Positions 49,680-60,850 of a DNA stretch of 64,000 nt are shown one piece after another; position 1 is the stretch's first letter, and the number at the start of each line of letters is the position of its first letter. A program made the translations under genes and the position numbers. Origin of the DNA: a virus. The DNA lies in the IMG/VR virus record IMGVR_UViG_3300046691_000092, positions 3,541 to 67,540 of that record, one strand, 5' to 3'. A model generated the notes under the pieces. The model had not been told where the DNA came from and did not search any database. It saw nothing but the letters and a program-made list of their open reading frames with translations.

Positions 49680-51195
49680 TCTATCATTTTTCATTCATCA
49701 TCACGAACGGCGTCGAATACATCGACAGCGACGGCAAGCGCACCGACGACCGGAAGCGCGCGCATCATTACCCCTATCGGGGCGAAGCGTCCGCCGCTGC
49801 CGAAAAGTTCGGCCCGTCGTTCAAGGTCAGGGAATTGGACTAATGTTCGAAGTTGGAAAACAGTATCAGCACAGTGTAAGCAAGCGAACCATTGAAGTTC
49901 TTTTCGTCGGCGAGCGTAGCGCCTTCGTGAAAACCCGGTCTTCCGGGGCAAGCATCGTCAGCGCTTCGTCGGAGACAGTCGAAGAATGGGGCGGCCAATG
50001 GGAACCGTATCTTCCGCCGACGAAGATCGGTCAGGAATACACCGTTCTTGTCACGGTCGGCGGCGGTATGACGTTACTGGAATGGACCCCGGAACCGTTC
50101 GCAATGCCCCCCGGTCAGAAATGTATCGGTCATATTCGGGTGGTGTACATTGACCACCACGACGGCACCGAATCGTTCGACGTGGTGACGGTATGACCGC
50201 GAACCCCCTAATCATCGGCGAAGGCGCGTTTGCGCTCCTGATTATCTTCCTGTGGCTTTACTCGGTATATTGGGCGATCCGTTGAACACTATCGAAAAAC
50301 TGACCCAATACAGTCAGCACGTTCAGGATGAAGCGACGACAACCGCCGACCTGTTGAACGACGCGTCGGCACTACTGACGGACGCGTGCGCCGTGATTGA
50401 CCAACTCATATCGGCGCAACAATCGCTCTTGCGCCGTCACGGCTATGAACCGTATAGCGAATCCTGTAACGCGGGGTACGCACTGCAAAAGCGGATCAGG
50501 GGATATTGATGACCAAGCGATACATTACGACGGAACCGTTTCAGGATTGGGACGGTCAGCACATCCGCGCCGGGGAAATCGGCGAACTTGCCATGCAAGG
50601 CGCGAGCAAGGGCGGTCGGTTCTTTTGGAACCTGATACGTGACGGTGCGGTGATCGCGGTCACGCTTGGGCGTCCGCCTGTCAAGGTTCACCGGCTATGA
50701 AAATCACCGTTTCGTTTGACGATGTTCATTGTTCCCGAATACCCGTCGGTCAATGGCTCGCAATGGACTCGTACTTTCACGATGCCTTGCGGTCACCGGT
50801 TACTATCGACACGCCGCCTTTTCTTCGCGACATGACCGATGTGCAAAGGTCACTGTATTCGTCAACTATGGGCATTTTTCGCGAAATTTGGGCGGCGCAA
50901 GACAGGCTGGAAAACAATGAATGAAAAGATGCGGCAAGCATTCGAGAAAGCCGGTTTCAAGCTTGGTCGCGTCACCCATACCGGCGAGCCGTTGTTTCTC
51001 CGCAAATGGGAAACGCAAGACGTTCTTCCGCTGGACCTAAGCATTGAAGCGTGTTTGAAAACTATGGAAGAATTTCAACGCGCGTACGATAAGATTATGC
51101 TGACGCGCCGCGAAGCGCGTCAAGCTCTATTCACGCGGCAAGAAGCTGCTGATAGCCAAGACGATCGCGTTCGTAAACCTGACTATAGCTCATGA
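49676..51195 (+). other. island of small + strand genes inside the head module (incl. 49843-50196, ~50280-50509, 50506-50700, 50697-50924, 50917-51195)
   Basis: Coupled ORFs on the strand opposite the structural genes. Confidence 0.6.
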
Positions 51196-52732
51196 ACTTG
51201 AAGCCAAGTTGCTTTGCATACGAAAGCCAGTCGTAAAAGTCTTGGGTCGCGATGTCGATCGAACCGCCAGCCGGGGTTATGTTGTGGATGTACGGGAATA
51301 GCGTGCCGCCGACCGCCGCGACTTTTTCAAGGTCCAGCTTCATGTTGGCGAGCGGGGTTAGCGTGTAACCCTGACCCGGAATCATCTGTGCTTGATCGCC
51401 GAACCCAAAGCGAGTGAAGAACGGACGATAAGCCGCCGCGCCTGACGTACCGCCGCCCGTCGTGGTTGACCACAGGCCGCAACCGGCAGCTTTCAACGCG
51501 GCGGGAAGACCCGGCAACGTGAACGGGCTGGAAAGATCGATGAACGCCAGTCGCGTTACAGCGGCGTTGATGACCGTGCCCGGCGTAAAGGTGATCGTCG
51601 TTCCGGTGATGTCGATAATGGTCGCACCGGACACTTTGTTTGCACCGAAACCGCCGAACGCCTTCATCCCGATAGCCGGGACCGTTCCGGTAGGCGACGC
51701 CGACAGGAGTGTACTATAGGTGATGACGTTCGACCCGGTCGCAACAACGTCGTTGGACCTGACGGATATGTTCGGAACGCCGCCGTGTGCACCACTCGGA
51801 ACGGTGTCCGTTGCCATGAAATGGCCTTCAGGGTAACACCCGTGGATAGCACCGCGAGGCATTCCGTTGCTGACCAGATAGTCACGGACGGTAAGCATGG
51901 CTGCAACGGCACCTGCCGGGTCGTCCCAAAAGAAGTATGAGAAATCCGACGGACTGTCGCAGCAAACATCGTGCCCATAGGCGTAAAGGATGTTTTGAAG
52001 GCTTGACAAAGTGTATTTGTTCGGCTGACCGACATTGACCGGGTCGCACATGACACTAAAGAAAGCGCCCGGTCCCAAGACGTCACGATAGAACGGATGT
52101 GCAACCGAGACGGCGGAATTGTGGTCGTCGTCCATGCGCAAGCAAAGCGTTGGTTCACCACGGCAGTTCGCAACAGCGGCGTGATAGGTGACTTCGGCGT
52201 TGCTTGGTGTGCGCGTGCTGTAACGGGGACGAATCTTGATATCACCCACGCCGACCGGCAGCGCCGTAAACGCGGACTTCGGGAATGCTACCCATTGCGC
52301 ACCGGGCGGGACGGTGTCGGAATTGACGTTGATCGATACGCCAGTATAGGACGACGCGCGCCCGATTTCCAACTGTACCGTATTGCCCGCATAGCGATCC
52401 CACGAAACAAGAAACGCGATAGTGTCGCCGAAGTCCGTTGCAGGATCGTATTGCGTGGCAAGTGTCTTCGGTCCGGCAATACCCTGACCGGTGCCGACCG
52501 CCGTCGTCGTGAACTTGACGCTGTTCGCCACTCCGGGAATCGAAGACGTGTCAAGCGACGCGGTGCAATTCGACGCGCTTGTACTGTATCCGGTAAGGCT
52601 CGTGAACAGGTCAAGAACCAACGGCTTAGGCAGCGACGGACCGCCGCCACCATTTGCACCACGAGCGCGCAAGCCAAGGCGCAAGCCAAGACCCATCGCG
52701 CCGATATCGAACGGCAGCGAACGAACCGTCAT
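51131..52732 (-). CDS. head spike/fibre protein with polysaccharide deacetylase (CE4/NodB-like) domain
   Basis: N-terminal MGLGLRLGL..GGG; TLCLRMDDD, HGCYPEG, LFPYIH. Confidence 0.7.
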   Translation of the reverse strand: MTVRSLPFDIGAMGLGLRLGLRARGANGGGGPSLPKPLVLDLFTSLTGYSTSASNCTASLDTSSIPGVANSVKFTTTAVGTGQGIAGPKTLATQYDPATDFGDTIAFLVSWDRYAGNTVQLEIGRASSYTGVSINVNSDTVPPGAQWVAFPKSAFTALPVGVGDIKIRPRYSTRTPSNAEVTYHAAVANCRGEPTLCLRMDDDHNSAVSVAHPFYRDVLGPGAFFSVMCDPVNVGQPNKYTLSSLQNILYAYGHDVCCDSPSDFSYFFWDDPAGAVAAMLTVRDYLVSNGMPRGAIHGCYPEGHFMATDTVPSGAHGGVPNISVRSNDVVATGSNVITYSTLLSASPTGTVPAIGMKAFGGFGANKVSGATIIDITGTTITFTPGTVINAAVTRLAFIDLSSPFTLPGLPAALKAAGCGLWSTTTGGGTSGAAAYRPFFTRFGFGDQAQMIPGQGYTLTPLANMKLDLEKVAAVGGTLFPYIHNITPAGGSIDIATQDFYDWLSYAKQLGFKFMSYSQVYERDRLGYQQLLAA

Positions 52733-53038
52733 TTAGATAAAACCCTTGATACCGGTAATGGTAGCGGTTCCGGTCACGTTGATACGAACAATCTTGCCGG
52801 TGTACTGAACGCCCGGCTGACATGACGGATAGATATCGGAAGAACCGTCCGCCATGAGAACGGAGACGTTGCCCGCCGTCGTCACCATGAAGGCACGAAT
52901 CGGCTTGGCAAAATTGACAGTGTCGGACGGGGTAACGGCAACGATACCTTGCGGAACCAACGCTTCCTTTTGGTTCTTTACCTGTTCGGCGAGAATACCC
53001 ATGTGATCAAAATCCCGGTTTAAGTCAGGATCAGTCAT
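52733..53038 (-). CDS. head spike base protein (RcGTA rcc01079-like)
   Basis: AVTPSD...RAF.V..AGNVSV..ADG...RINVTGTAT..I. Confidence 0.75.
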   Translation of the reverse strand: MTDPDLNRDFDHMGILAEQVKNQKEALVPQGIVAVTPSDTVNFAKPIRAFMVTTAGNVSVLMADGSSDIYPSCQPGVQYTGKIVRINVTGTATITGIKGFI

Positions 53039-53060
53039 AACGCGCGAATAGGGGGATTGC

Positions 53061-54662
53061 CTACATGATGCGGTATGAACACACGCAGCGGCAGCGGATA
53101 CGGTCTTCAGCCGGGGCGGATAGATCGCCGGGGAACATCAAACGGTTGCCGAGCCCGGACATAAACAAGCCGTCCATTCCGATCACGACTTGACCGCCGC
53201 GTGCACCAAGATAGACATGCGACGGACGCGTTCGACCGTCCAACGTGGAATTCCATTTCTTTTCGACGTCGCCCGGATCGATACCCGCCATGTCGATCGT
53301 TTGCAACATCGCTTCGTGGTTCGCCATGCTTGTTGCCGTGGTCGACTCCGTCAACGCGATCGTGTCGGCCCGGAATGCAACGAACCGTTCCCGATAACGA
53401 TCAACCATCCGGTCAATCTGTTCCGGGGTCAAAGGCGTGTCGGTCTTCTGTGCACGTTGAACGGTGCGATCGAAACGCGCGTCGCGCAATGCACGGTCAA
53501 GCGCATCCGCTGAATTCGTTTCGAGTGCCCGGCGATAGTTCTTCACCGCTTCGTTCTGTTTGCGGGTCAGGCCGATGGATTCGCGAATGTCACGCGCCGC
53601 CGTCTTCGGGTGTTTGCCTTCCTGCAACGCTTCGGTGACCGCCTGACGCACCACGTCGCGTTGTTCGTCACTCACTTGCCGGATGAACTGATATGCCAAG
53701 TCGTTCGCGCTCGCGGCGGCGCGCGGGTTAGTCGGATCGAACGATATCCCAACCGACGGGCGAAGACCACGGGCGAAGTTTTCCAGATCAAGCGCCGTCT
53801 GTTTCGTCGCGGCGACTTCTTCGGCAGCTTGTCGTGCGGCGTTCGCAGCGCTCGCGGCGGCTTGTGCGGCTTGTTCGGGCGCGGACCCTGCCATTGCCTG
53901 TGCACGATCGGCGAGCTTCGCAGCGTCTTCCGCCGCTTGGATCGCGGCGCGGGCGCTGTTCGATATTGCACCGGTGACGTCGTCGGGCAGTTCCCGGATT
54001 TGCGCGGCGGACCGTAGCGCCGCCTGAATGGATGTCATCGCACGTTCGGCGGATAGGCGCGCTTCACGGGCGTCACTGATCGCGGCTTGTGACGCAACGC
54101 GGGACACGCTGACCACATCGTCAACCGCCTTGACCTGATCGGCGACGTCTCGAATCGTATAGACGGAATGGGTCGCGGCAGCTTCAGCGGCGCGCGCTTC
54201 GTTGGCGACGTTCCCGAACGTGACCGTCAGGTTCGAAGGTCGCATTCCTTCAATTGCGGCGCTGAAGTCGCGCGCCATTTCCTTACCCGCGACGGAATAC
54301 CCATCTTTCAGGGTTGCGACCAGACGGGCAAGCGGAGCGTCGACAAGCGCGACCACTTCGTCAACCGAGTTCCGGGCAAGCAAGGACTGTATCAGGTTCA
54401 ACGTCTGTTCGGAGCGCATGACCTGAACGTACTGGACGAACGACGAACGCAGCGCCACACCCAACGCGAGTGCCACGACGGCAAGCCGGTTGTCGCCGAT
54501 GGATCGCAACGCGGCGGTGATCGCGCCACCTTCGACAAGGTCGGCAACTGATCCGATGATGCTATCTTCCGGGCCGGAATCGAGAAAGCGCGCGAATGTC
54601 GGTTGATACCGCTTCGGAACCTTCGTTGCGATCAGTTCGGCGAGTCGTTCAGTGTTCGTCAA
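53061..54662 (-). CDS. MuF/SPP1 gp7-like minor head protein, extended
   Basis: IGLT..Q, RADTIALTE, KKWNSTLDGRTRPSH, LMFPGD, IRCRC. Confidence 0.85.
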   Translation of the reverse strand: MTNTERLAELIATKVPKRYQPTFARFLDSGPEDSIIGSVADLVEGGAITAALRSIGDNRLAVVALALGVALRSSFVQYVQVMRSEQTLNLIQSLLARNSVDEVVALVDAPLARLVATLKDGYSVAGKEMARDFSAAIEGMRPSNLTVTFGNVANEARAAEAAATHSVYTIRDVADQVKAVDDVVSVSRVASQAAISDAREARLSAERAMTSIQAALRSAAQIRELPDDVTGAISNSARAAIQAAEDAAKLADRAQAMAGSAPEQAAQAAASAANAARQAAEEVAATKQTALDLENFARGLRPSVGISFDPTNPRAAASANDLAYQFIRQVSDEQRDVVRQAVTEALQEGKHPKTAARDIRESIGLTRKQNEAVKNYRRALETNSADALDRALRDARFDRTVQRAQKTDTPLTPEQIDRMVDRYRERFVAFRADTIALTESTTATSMANHEAMLQTIDMAGIDPGDVEKKWNSTLDGRTRPSHVYLGARGGQVVIGMDGLFMSGLGNRLMFPGDLSAPAEDRIRCRCVCSYRIM

Positions 54663-54675
54663 GTTTCATCGTCCA

Positions 54676-55263
54676 TCAGAACCCCCGGTTCACGCCCCAA
54701 CGTCCGCGCACGCCGACGACGGACTCTTTGCACGTCCCATACGACGAAGAACCGGCGTTGCCAAGCCCCGCGCCGAGCGCCGAACAAAGAAACGCACCTA
54801 GCAGGTTCATGACGGATTTCGGGAACGGGGAAACCGAGCCATTGCCCGACACGATGAACGACAGGTTCCGGAAGTATTCGATTTCCACGGACCCGGCCTT
54901 CAGCCGCTTGGTGCCGCCGTCTGCCGATGCTTCGACGTTGCCGGTCATCTGATCGGGAAGTTCCGGATTTGCCGCCGTCAGCACCGCGAGCAAGATTGCG
55001 GCGGCTTCGTATTTGCTCGCCGGAACAGTCACGCCATCGATAACGCGCGGCCATTCAAGCGGCTGATCCGCGACGGACTTTTCACCCTGCCAGCACTGCG
55101 AATCAATCCAGCGCGTCGCGCTGACGATCGCCCGACCCCTGTCGTCGTCAAGCAATGCTTCCCACGCGGCAGCGTTCAGCGATCCGTTCGCGTATGTATC
55201 AACCTGATCGACCGATACATACGCGTCGTAATTCTTGCCGCCGATTGTGATCGTCACGGACAT
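54676..55263 (-). CDS. head-tail adaptor (DnaT-like family)
   Basis: YVSV...ATRWID...WQGEK...QPLEWPR...KAGSVEIEY. Confidence 0.75.
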   Translation of the reverse strand: MSVTITIGGKNYDAYVSVDQVDTYANGSLNAAAWEALLDDDRGRAIVSATRWIDSQCWQGEKSVADQPLEWPRVIDGVTVPASKYEAAAILLAVLTAANPELPDQMTGNVEASADGGTKRLKAGSVEIEYFRNLSFIVSGNGSVSPFPKSVMNLLGAFLCSALGAGLGNAGSSSYGTCKESVVGVRGRWGVNRGF

Positions 55264-55272
55264 GGTTGTTCC

Positions 55273-55479
55273 TTACGAAATGATACCGGCGTTCCGGAGC
55301 GACGTCAGCAACGCGAGGTATTCGGCGGCGGTCGGGTTTGCACCGGCAGCGTTCGCCACGGCAACGCCCTTCTTCACGACACCGGCGACCGTGGTCGTGG
55401 CAACTGCGAATGCGTCCGAACCGTCCGCCTTACGAAAGCCCGGTGCCATGACCGGACGCTTTGATTTATCGACGCCCAT
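55273..55479 (-). CDS. head fibre protein
   Basis: ATTTVAGVVKKG..VA...EY.ALL.SLRNAGII. Confidence 0.7.
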   Translation of the reverse strand: MGVDKSKRPVMAPGFRKADGSDAFAVATTTVAGVVKKGVAVANAAGANPTAAEYLALLTSLRNAGIIS

Positions 55480-56848
55480 TTTTCTTTATTCCTTTTCCGG
55501 TTGTGTCCGTGGATAGATCATCCATTGGGACATATTCTTCAGCCTCACTAACGCCGAGTAGCGTACGCACGTCATTGATAACCGGATCAGTAGGCGACAG
55601 GATCGCGCCCGCCGTCGCCAAGTCCTTCAACGCGGCGGTGATTTCTTCGACGCTCTTGAAGCTGACGTCTTCCGGCTGAAGCGACGGCTTCAACTTGTCG
55701 TCAAGCCCGTTCAGTTTCCAGAGCGGGCCGAAAAAGTCCTTGTCGAACGCTTCGCCGATATCCTTGGTGCAGGAATTGACCGTCAGGTACAGATTGCGCG
55801 ACTTGTCTTCCGACAGGGCACGCGAACCGCTATCCTTGCCAACAAGCAACCCTTCGACGCCAAGGATCAGCGCCATATCGTACATTTCGCGTTCAATCGC
55901 CTTGCCGACTGCCTCAATACCCGAAGCGTCGCCGGTCAGGAGTTCGATACCCCAACGCTTCGTTGCGGAAGGCGTCGCGCCCGTGTCGGTTTGACTCATG
56001 TAAACCGAGCTATCAAGCAACAGGCCGGTGTTCGAAGACTTGGCACGCATAGACACGAATTGCGAAAGCCCGTTGATCATCGAATCAGCGACGCCGCGTT
56101 CGATCTGACCGGCTGCAACGGCGGCTTCGATTTCAGCGCGCGGAGCATAGCCGATCGGAACGCCCCGGAAGTCCCGTTCAAAGCCGGAACCTTCGATGCG
56201 CTTGTATTCGGCGTATCGGTCAGCCGGTTCAGCCAAGTGACGCACAAGGCCGAAGCCTTCCGGGCTATCCGTTAGCGAATCATCGACAAGATACACGAGC
56301 TTCGCACGCGGCAAGTACAACTGTTGAAACGTCAGCGGCGAGAACTGAACAACGCCCTTGACGTCGCCGTTGTCATCAATATCCCACTGATGAATTGTGT
56401 GTTGCGGGCGGGGCGCGAGACGCTTGATACCGATTCGCCCGTCGTCGCGCTTCTTGGCGGTCCATTCCTGAATTCCGAAACCATAGAAACGGAACATCGC
56501 GGCACGGCGAATAGCCTTGTGCCAAGATTGATCCATATCATACATGCATTCTTCCGCGAAGTCGGCGGCGGCTTTTGCCTCGCTCGAATCATCGGCGGGT
56601 TCGACCTTCCATTCAGGGGAAGCGACAAGGTTCAGGAAATAGTGAACGCCAGCCGCAACGATGGACACATTCGCGAGAATGTCAGAAGCGGTAATCCACT
56701 TCTGTTCGCCGATCAGTTTCGGGTTTCGTTCTTCGGGGGTGTTGACATATCCGCCTACGACCTGAAAACCCGGCACGCCCATATTGCGCATGGGTTTGAC
56801 GGGTTCAGGTTTAACGCCAACAGGAGTAACGCCGGGTAAATCTGCCAT
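55466..56848 (-). CDS. portal protein (DUF935-like)
   Basis: FYGFGIQEW..KR, PRPQ.TI..W, SPEG.GL, GS.ALS. Confidence 0.85.
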   Translation of the reverse strand: MADLPGVTPVGVKPEPVKPMRNMGVPGFQVVGGYVNTPEERNPKLIGEQKWITASDILANVSIVAAGVHYFLNLVASPEWKVEPADDSSEAKAAADFAEECMYDMDQSWHKAIRRAAMFRFYGFGIQEWTAKKRDDGRIGIKRLAPRPQHTIHQWDIDDNGDVKGVVQFSPLTFQQLYLPRAKLVYLVDDSLTDSPEGFGLVRHLAEPADRYAEYKRIEGSGFERDFRGVPIGYAPRAEIEAAVAAGQIERGVADSMINGLSQFVSMRAKSSNTGLLLDSSVYMSQTDTGATPSATKRWGIELLTGDASGIEAVGKAIEREMYDMALILGVEGLLVGKDSGSRALSEDKSRNLYLTVNSCTKDIGEAFDKDFFGPLWKLNGLDDKLKPSLQPEDVSFKSVEEITAALKDLATAGAILSPTDPVINDVRTLLGVSEAEEYVPMDDLSTDTTGKGIKKNGRR

Positions 56849-56882
56849 AGCGTGACACTTATCACGCAGCGCCGGGGAATGG

Positions 56883-58068
56883 CTAGGCGGCGGTCAGCAC
56901 CGACCGAATGCGCGTTTCGAAATGCTCTTGTGCGCAAGCCTTGGCCGGTTCAGCTTCCGGGAAGAACCGTTCGTTGATCGGCACCAAGGAGTTGTTGAAG
57001 AACAGTTCCCATTTGCCGGGGCGAAGCTGGAAAACGTCGTAAACGAACCCGATTGACCGGGCGGTAAAGTCCCCTTCCCGGTCTTCTTTCCATTCCAGTT
57101 GCTTGATTTTCATGCTGCGTTCTTGCGTCCTTGCCGCTTCGTCAAAGGCTCGCCGACGTGGAAAAACCCACAGTGACGGCAATGATATGGAACGGATACT
57201 TCGTTATATTTCCGACGGATGTCACGCGAATCGTATTCAGCGTGCTTGAACGTCTGATACGGTTTCTTGTTGCCGCACATTTCCTTTGACATGATCTTTC
57301 ATCCTGACGTTGATCCGATAGAGAACGCGTGTCGTCCGGGCTTTTGCCGTCCGAACTGCCGCTTCTTTCGTGGGGTGTGGAAAACCGGTCATGTGCGTAA
57401 ACAGAACGTTGCCTTGATAGATGTTCAGGACCGCATCGCGCACATGTTCCGGAGATTGGAAAATCCGACAAGAATAGCTCATGGTCCGACCATCCTTGCA
57501 AAATCTTCGATCGTGACGCAATCGGCGAATGGTTCGGCGCACCGGGGAAACGACCGGTAAAGCTCCGCTTCGAATAGATCGCGTTCGCCGTTGCGAATGC
57601 CCCAATCCGGGCCGATTTCGTCTTTCCGGTCGACGCGATCCGGCGCAATGCCGAACAGGTCTTGCAGGATGTAACGGATGTTGTCGATGATTGCGAGTTC
57701 GCGCGTGATGCTCATCGTGCGACCACCTTATAGCAAAGAATGTCGCCACCATTACCGGCATGATCCCATTCGAAATTGCGAGCAATGCTGGAATTTTTTC
57801 TTCCGTCGCGTAGGATCGCGCACACCATCGCATCACCGCGAACGGGGCATTTACCGCCGCCCCATACGAACCATACGCCTTCCGGGATAAACATCGTTGT
57901 CGGCGCGTATGTCCCGTCATCCGGGTTGATCTTGATCGCGCAAGGTGGTTCGGCGGAAATCTCCGGTGCCGCCAAATGCTCGTGAATGGCGATTACGTCT
58001 TCTACTGAAGGCGCTTCGATGTGAAAGAAGTGACTGCCTTCAATGCCCCATTTCAATACAACTGTCAT
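56883..58068 (-). other. island of small minus-strand genes (56883-57113, 57110-57292, 57289-57482, 57479-57715, 57712-58068)
   Basis: ATGA-coupled ORFs; 57110-57292 has C..K.....YHCRHCGFFH. Confidence 0.6.
57479..57715 (-). CDS. acyl carrier protein-like protein lacking the conserved Ser
   Basis: Pattern IRYILQDLFGIAPDRV...DWGIRNGE...F...TIEDF parallels ACP V.KIV..HLGV..D.V...DLGADSLD...F...TVGD. Confidence 0.5.
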   Translation of the reverse strand: MSITRELAIIDNIRYILQDLFGIAPDRVDRKDEIGPDWGIRNGERDLFEAELYRSFPRCAEPFADCVTIEDFARMVGP

Positions 58069-58099
58069 GTCATGCGATTCCCCGTTTGAAACTGTCGCG

Positions 58100-58162
58100 A
58101 CGATAAGGGCGGGTGTTGTCAGGTGTCAAGGTGTTGACAAGTGGCAAGAGTTGAAATATTAT
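58100..58162. promoter_or_regulatory. divergent sigma70 promoters
   Basis: Plus strand TTGACA(58134)-N17-TATTAT; minus strand TTGACA(58129)-N18-TATCGT. Confidence 0.6.
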
Positions 58163-58205
58163 TCGAAACAGTCGAAGCACTTAACCTTGATGGGGACATG
58201 AACTT

Positions 58206-59375
58206 ATGAGCGACGTTATTATCACGGGTCCGGGCGCGTATCGGACAATCGACGGTCGGAAAGTTACGATCGGGCGAAAAGAACCGGATGGGGTTTGGGA
58301 CGCTACCGACCTGAAAATGATGAGCAGTAGCGGTGTGCGTTACAACTCGTGCGACTCATCGTGGCAACGCTACCTTGACGACGGATCGGTTTATTCGGAA
58401 CGCGACGGCGAAGAGAATGACCGGATTGTCGGACCGTGGGTTGAACGGGTGATGTCACCCGTTCAGGAAGTGACGGAACGCCGCATTGTGCCGGGTGTGT
58501 ATGGCGTTATCGCCGTCGCGAAGCGTGGTGATAAGTTCAATTTCGGCTTGCCTGTCGACAGTTACACACCCGCCGAGCTTCGCGACGCCGCCCGCGTCCT
58601 GACCGAAATCGCGGAGTTCATCGACAATGGTTCTTGATTTCCTCCTGAACAATCAATGGGTCACCGCGACACTGTTTGTCGGCGCGGTCGTCGCAATCAT
58701 CCACGTAACGAACAGGTCACCGAATGACGGATACAAAGAATGAACGCCGCGAATGGTTCATCAAGCATGTAGCGCAAATGAGCGCTGACCGGCTGAAACG
58801 CGAACTTGTCGATGAACGTCGATTGCTCGCCGATGCACGGCGCGAAGTGGCGCGACACGAAAACAATGTTCGCGGATCGCTGGACGTGATCAACGAAATC
58901 AAGCGCCGGGCATATGCGGAAGGAATAGACCTGTCATGAAATATTTTGTCTACACCGGACACACGGTCATTCGACAGCATGTCGTTGATGCGGAAAACGA
59001 GGAACAGGCGCGCAAACTGGTAATGGCCGGGAAAGTGAAGCCCGACAGTGAGGAAGCGAAGAAGATCGACATTCGCTTTTCGTACCCGCTCGCCGATCAG
59101 ACCTTGCCAGCGGGGAACGTCGAATGATCGGCACACCCGAATCGGTTCGCCTATCGCTTGGTTATGACGAATGGGGCAATCATGCCGGATTGCTTCACCC
59201 TGACGACAAGCAACGCATTGACGGCGAAACGCCGAACGGTCGATACGGCAACACGGGCGTTCCGCGCGCCGGGGGTGAAGCCGTGTGCAAATGTGGGTTC
59301 ATCTTCTATCTTCACCCGCCCGTTCAGGGTGCGCTCTATTTCACCCGGACATGTGAAGGGATTGTCAAACTCTAA
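58206..59375 (+). other. island of small + strand genes (58206-58637, 58724-58939, 58936-59127, 59124-59375)
   Basis: Coupled ORFs between portal and TerL. Confidence 0.6.
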
Positions 59376-60850
59376 CCCGACACGATCGGAACAACCAACG
59401 GCGCGGCAAGCATGAGATTAGGTGTCGGTGTTTCAACAAAGACACGGTGCGCATTCGACACCGCGTCGACTTGGTCTTTCCACTTGCCGCCCGGAAACAT
59501 GCACAGTTCTTCAACGAACGATGCGTTCCAATCACCTTCAATCAGGTCAACGTTGCCCGCCTCGCACTGTGCGGCGAACGGTTGGGCGCGTTCTTCCTTG
59601 TCGCCCATTTCCTTACGGTAACGGATGTTGAAGCCGTCCAGATGTGCGACGATATCCTTCGCTTGATACTTGCCGCCCGCTCCGGGGTCCAACGGAACGA
59701 AGATTTCGACGTTCTTTCCTGACGCCTTGTCCGCTTCGGCTTGCAACTTGATGTTCGTGCGTACCGTTGCCGATTCCTCTTGGAACTTGTTGACATGCGC
59801 GACGATGTAGCGACCGCCAAGCGTCTTGCCGAGCAGCACGCCAGCCGTACGCGCCGCGTTCACATCCTTCGTCGCTGCCAAGTCCCACCAACGGACCCAC
59901 CGGACGCCATGAGGGATTTCGTTGACGTAATGGCCGTCAAACCATGCGAGCTTGAACATACCGCCTTCACGCGGCACCGGACGTTGCTGAAGCTGACCGG
60001 CTGTTGCGTATGCGCCCAAGATACGTTCAAGCGCTTGAACGGCCTTTTCGCTGTAACGCTCCGGGAACAGCAATTCCCCGTCGGTCGTTCGCCAGTCGCG
60101 CGGGTCGGCGCGCTCCGGATCGAAACGCATAGGCAGGATGACGACTTTATACCCGAAATGTTCTTCATCGGCGAGGATGACGCCCGACGGGTCGCGCTCA
60201 TTCAAGCGCTGCATAATCATGATGATCGCCGACTCGTCGTTGTTGATACGGGTCGGTAGCGTCTCGCGGAAGATGCGATCAGCTTCTAACAGATGCGCCG
60301 GACTGTTCGCATGTTCAGCGGATAGCGGATCATCGATAATCACGAAGTCCGAACGTCGACCGGTCAGCGATCCGAACGGCATAGCCTGACGGAAACCGCG
60401 ATACTCATTTTCGAATAGTGTCTTGGCGTTGGCGTCGATCGCCAGTTTCAGCGGCCAACGTTCTTGATACCACTCCGATTCGACAATGATACGCATCTTG
60501 CGCGCGTCACGGATGGCTAGTCCTTGCTCGTGCGCGGCACCGGTGAAGGACTTCGACGGGTTCAGCGTCCAAACCCAAGCCGGGAACATGACCGACGTCA
60601 GGATTGATTTCATTGTGCCGGGCGGAACGTTCATCAGCAAGCGCGGCTGGAAACCCGGATTGAAATACATCTGTTCAAGCTCATGGCACATCACGTCAAG
60701 CACGTGACCCCATACAAGCTTAGTCGACGGTTCGATGATGTGCCATGCACGCTTGACGAATTCAGCTAGGGACGTGCGACAGGCTCGCCGATCGCGTTCA
60801 ATGCGAATGGCGTGCAATGCGTTGGGTATGTTCTCCGGTATTCTGAACAT
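59372..60850 (-). CDS. terL: terminase large subunit
   Basis: NVPPGTMKS, LTGRRSD.VIIDDP, IMQR, QLQQRP, WDLA, FPGG..KDQVDA. Confidence 0.92.
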   Translation of the reverse strand: MFRIPENIPNALHAIRIERDRRACRTSLAEFVKRAWHIIEPSTKLVWGHVLDVMCHELEQMYFNPGFQPRLLMNVPPGTMKSILTSVMFPAWVWTLNPSKSFTGAAHEQGLAIRDARKMRIIVESEWYQERWPLKLAIDANAKTLFENEYRGFRQAMPFGSLTGRRSDFVIIDDPLSAEHANSPAHLLEADRIFRETLPTRINNDESAIIMIMQRLNERDPSGVILADEEHFGYKVVILPMRFDPERADPRDWRTTDGELLFPERYSEKAVQALERILGAYATAGQLQQRPVPREGGMFKLAWFDGHYVNEIPHGVRWVRWWDLAATKDVNAARTAGVLLGKTLGGRYIVAHVNKFQEESATVRTNIKLQAEADKASGKNVEIFVPLDPGAGGKYQAKDIVAHLDGFNIRYRKEMGDKEERAQPFAAQCEAGNVDLIEGDWNASFVEELCMFPGGKWKDQVDAVSNAHRVFVETPTPNLMLAAPLVVPIVSG

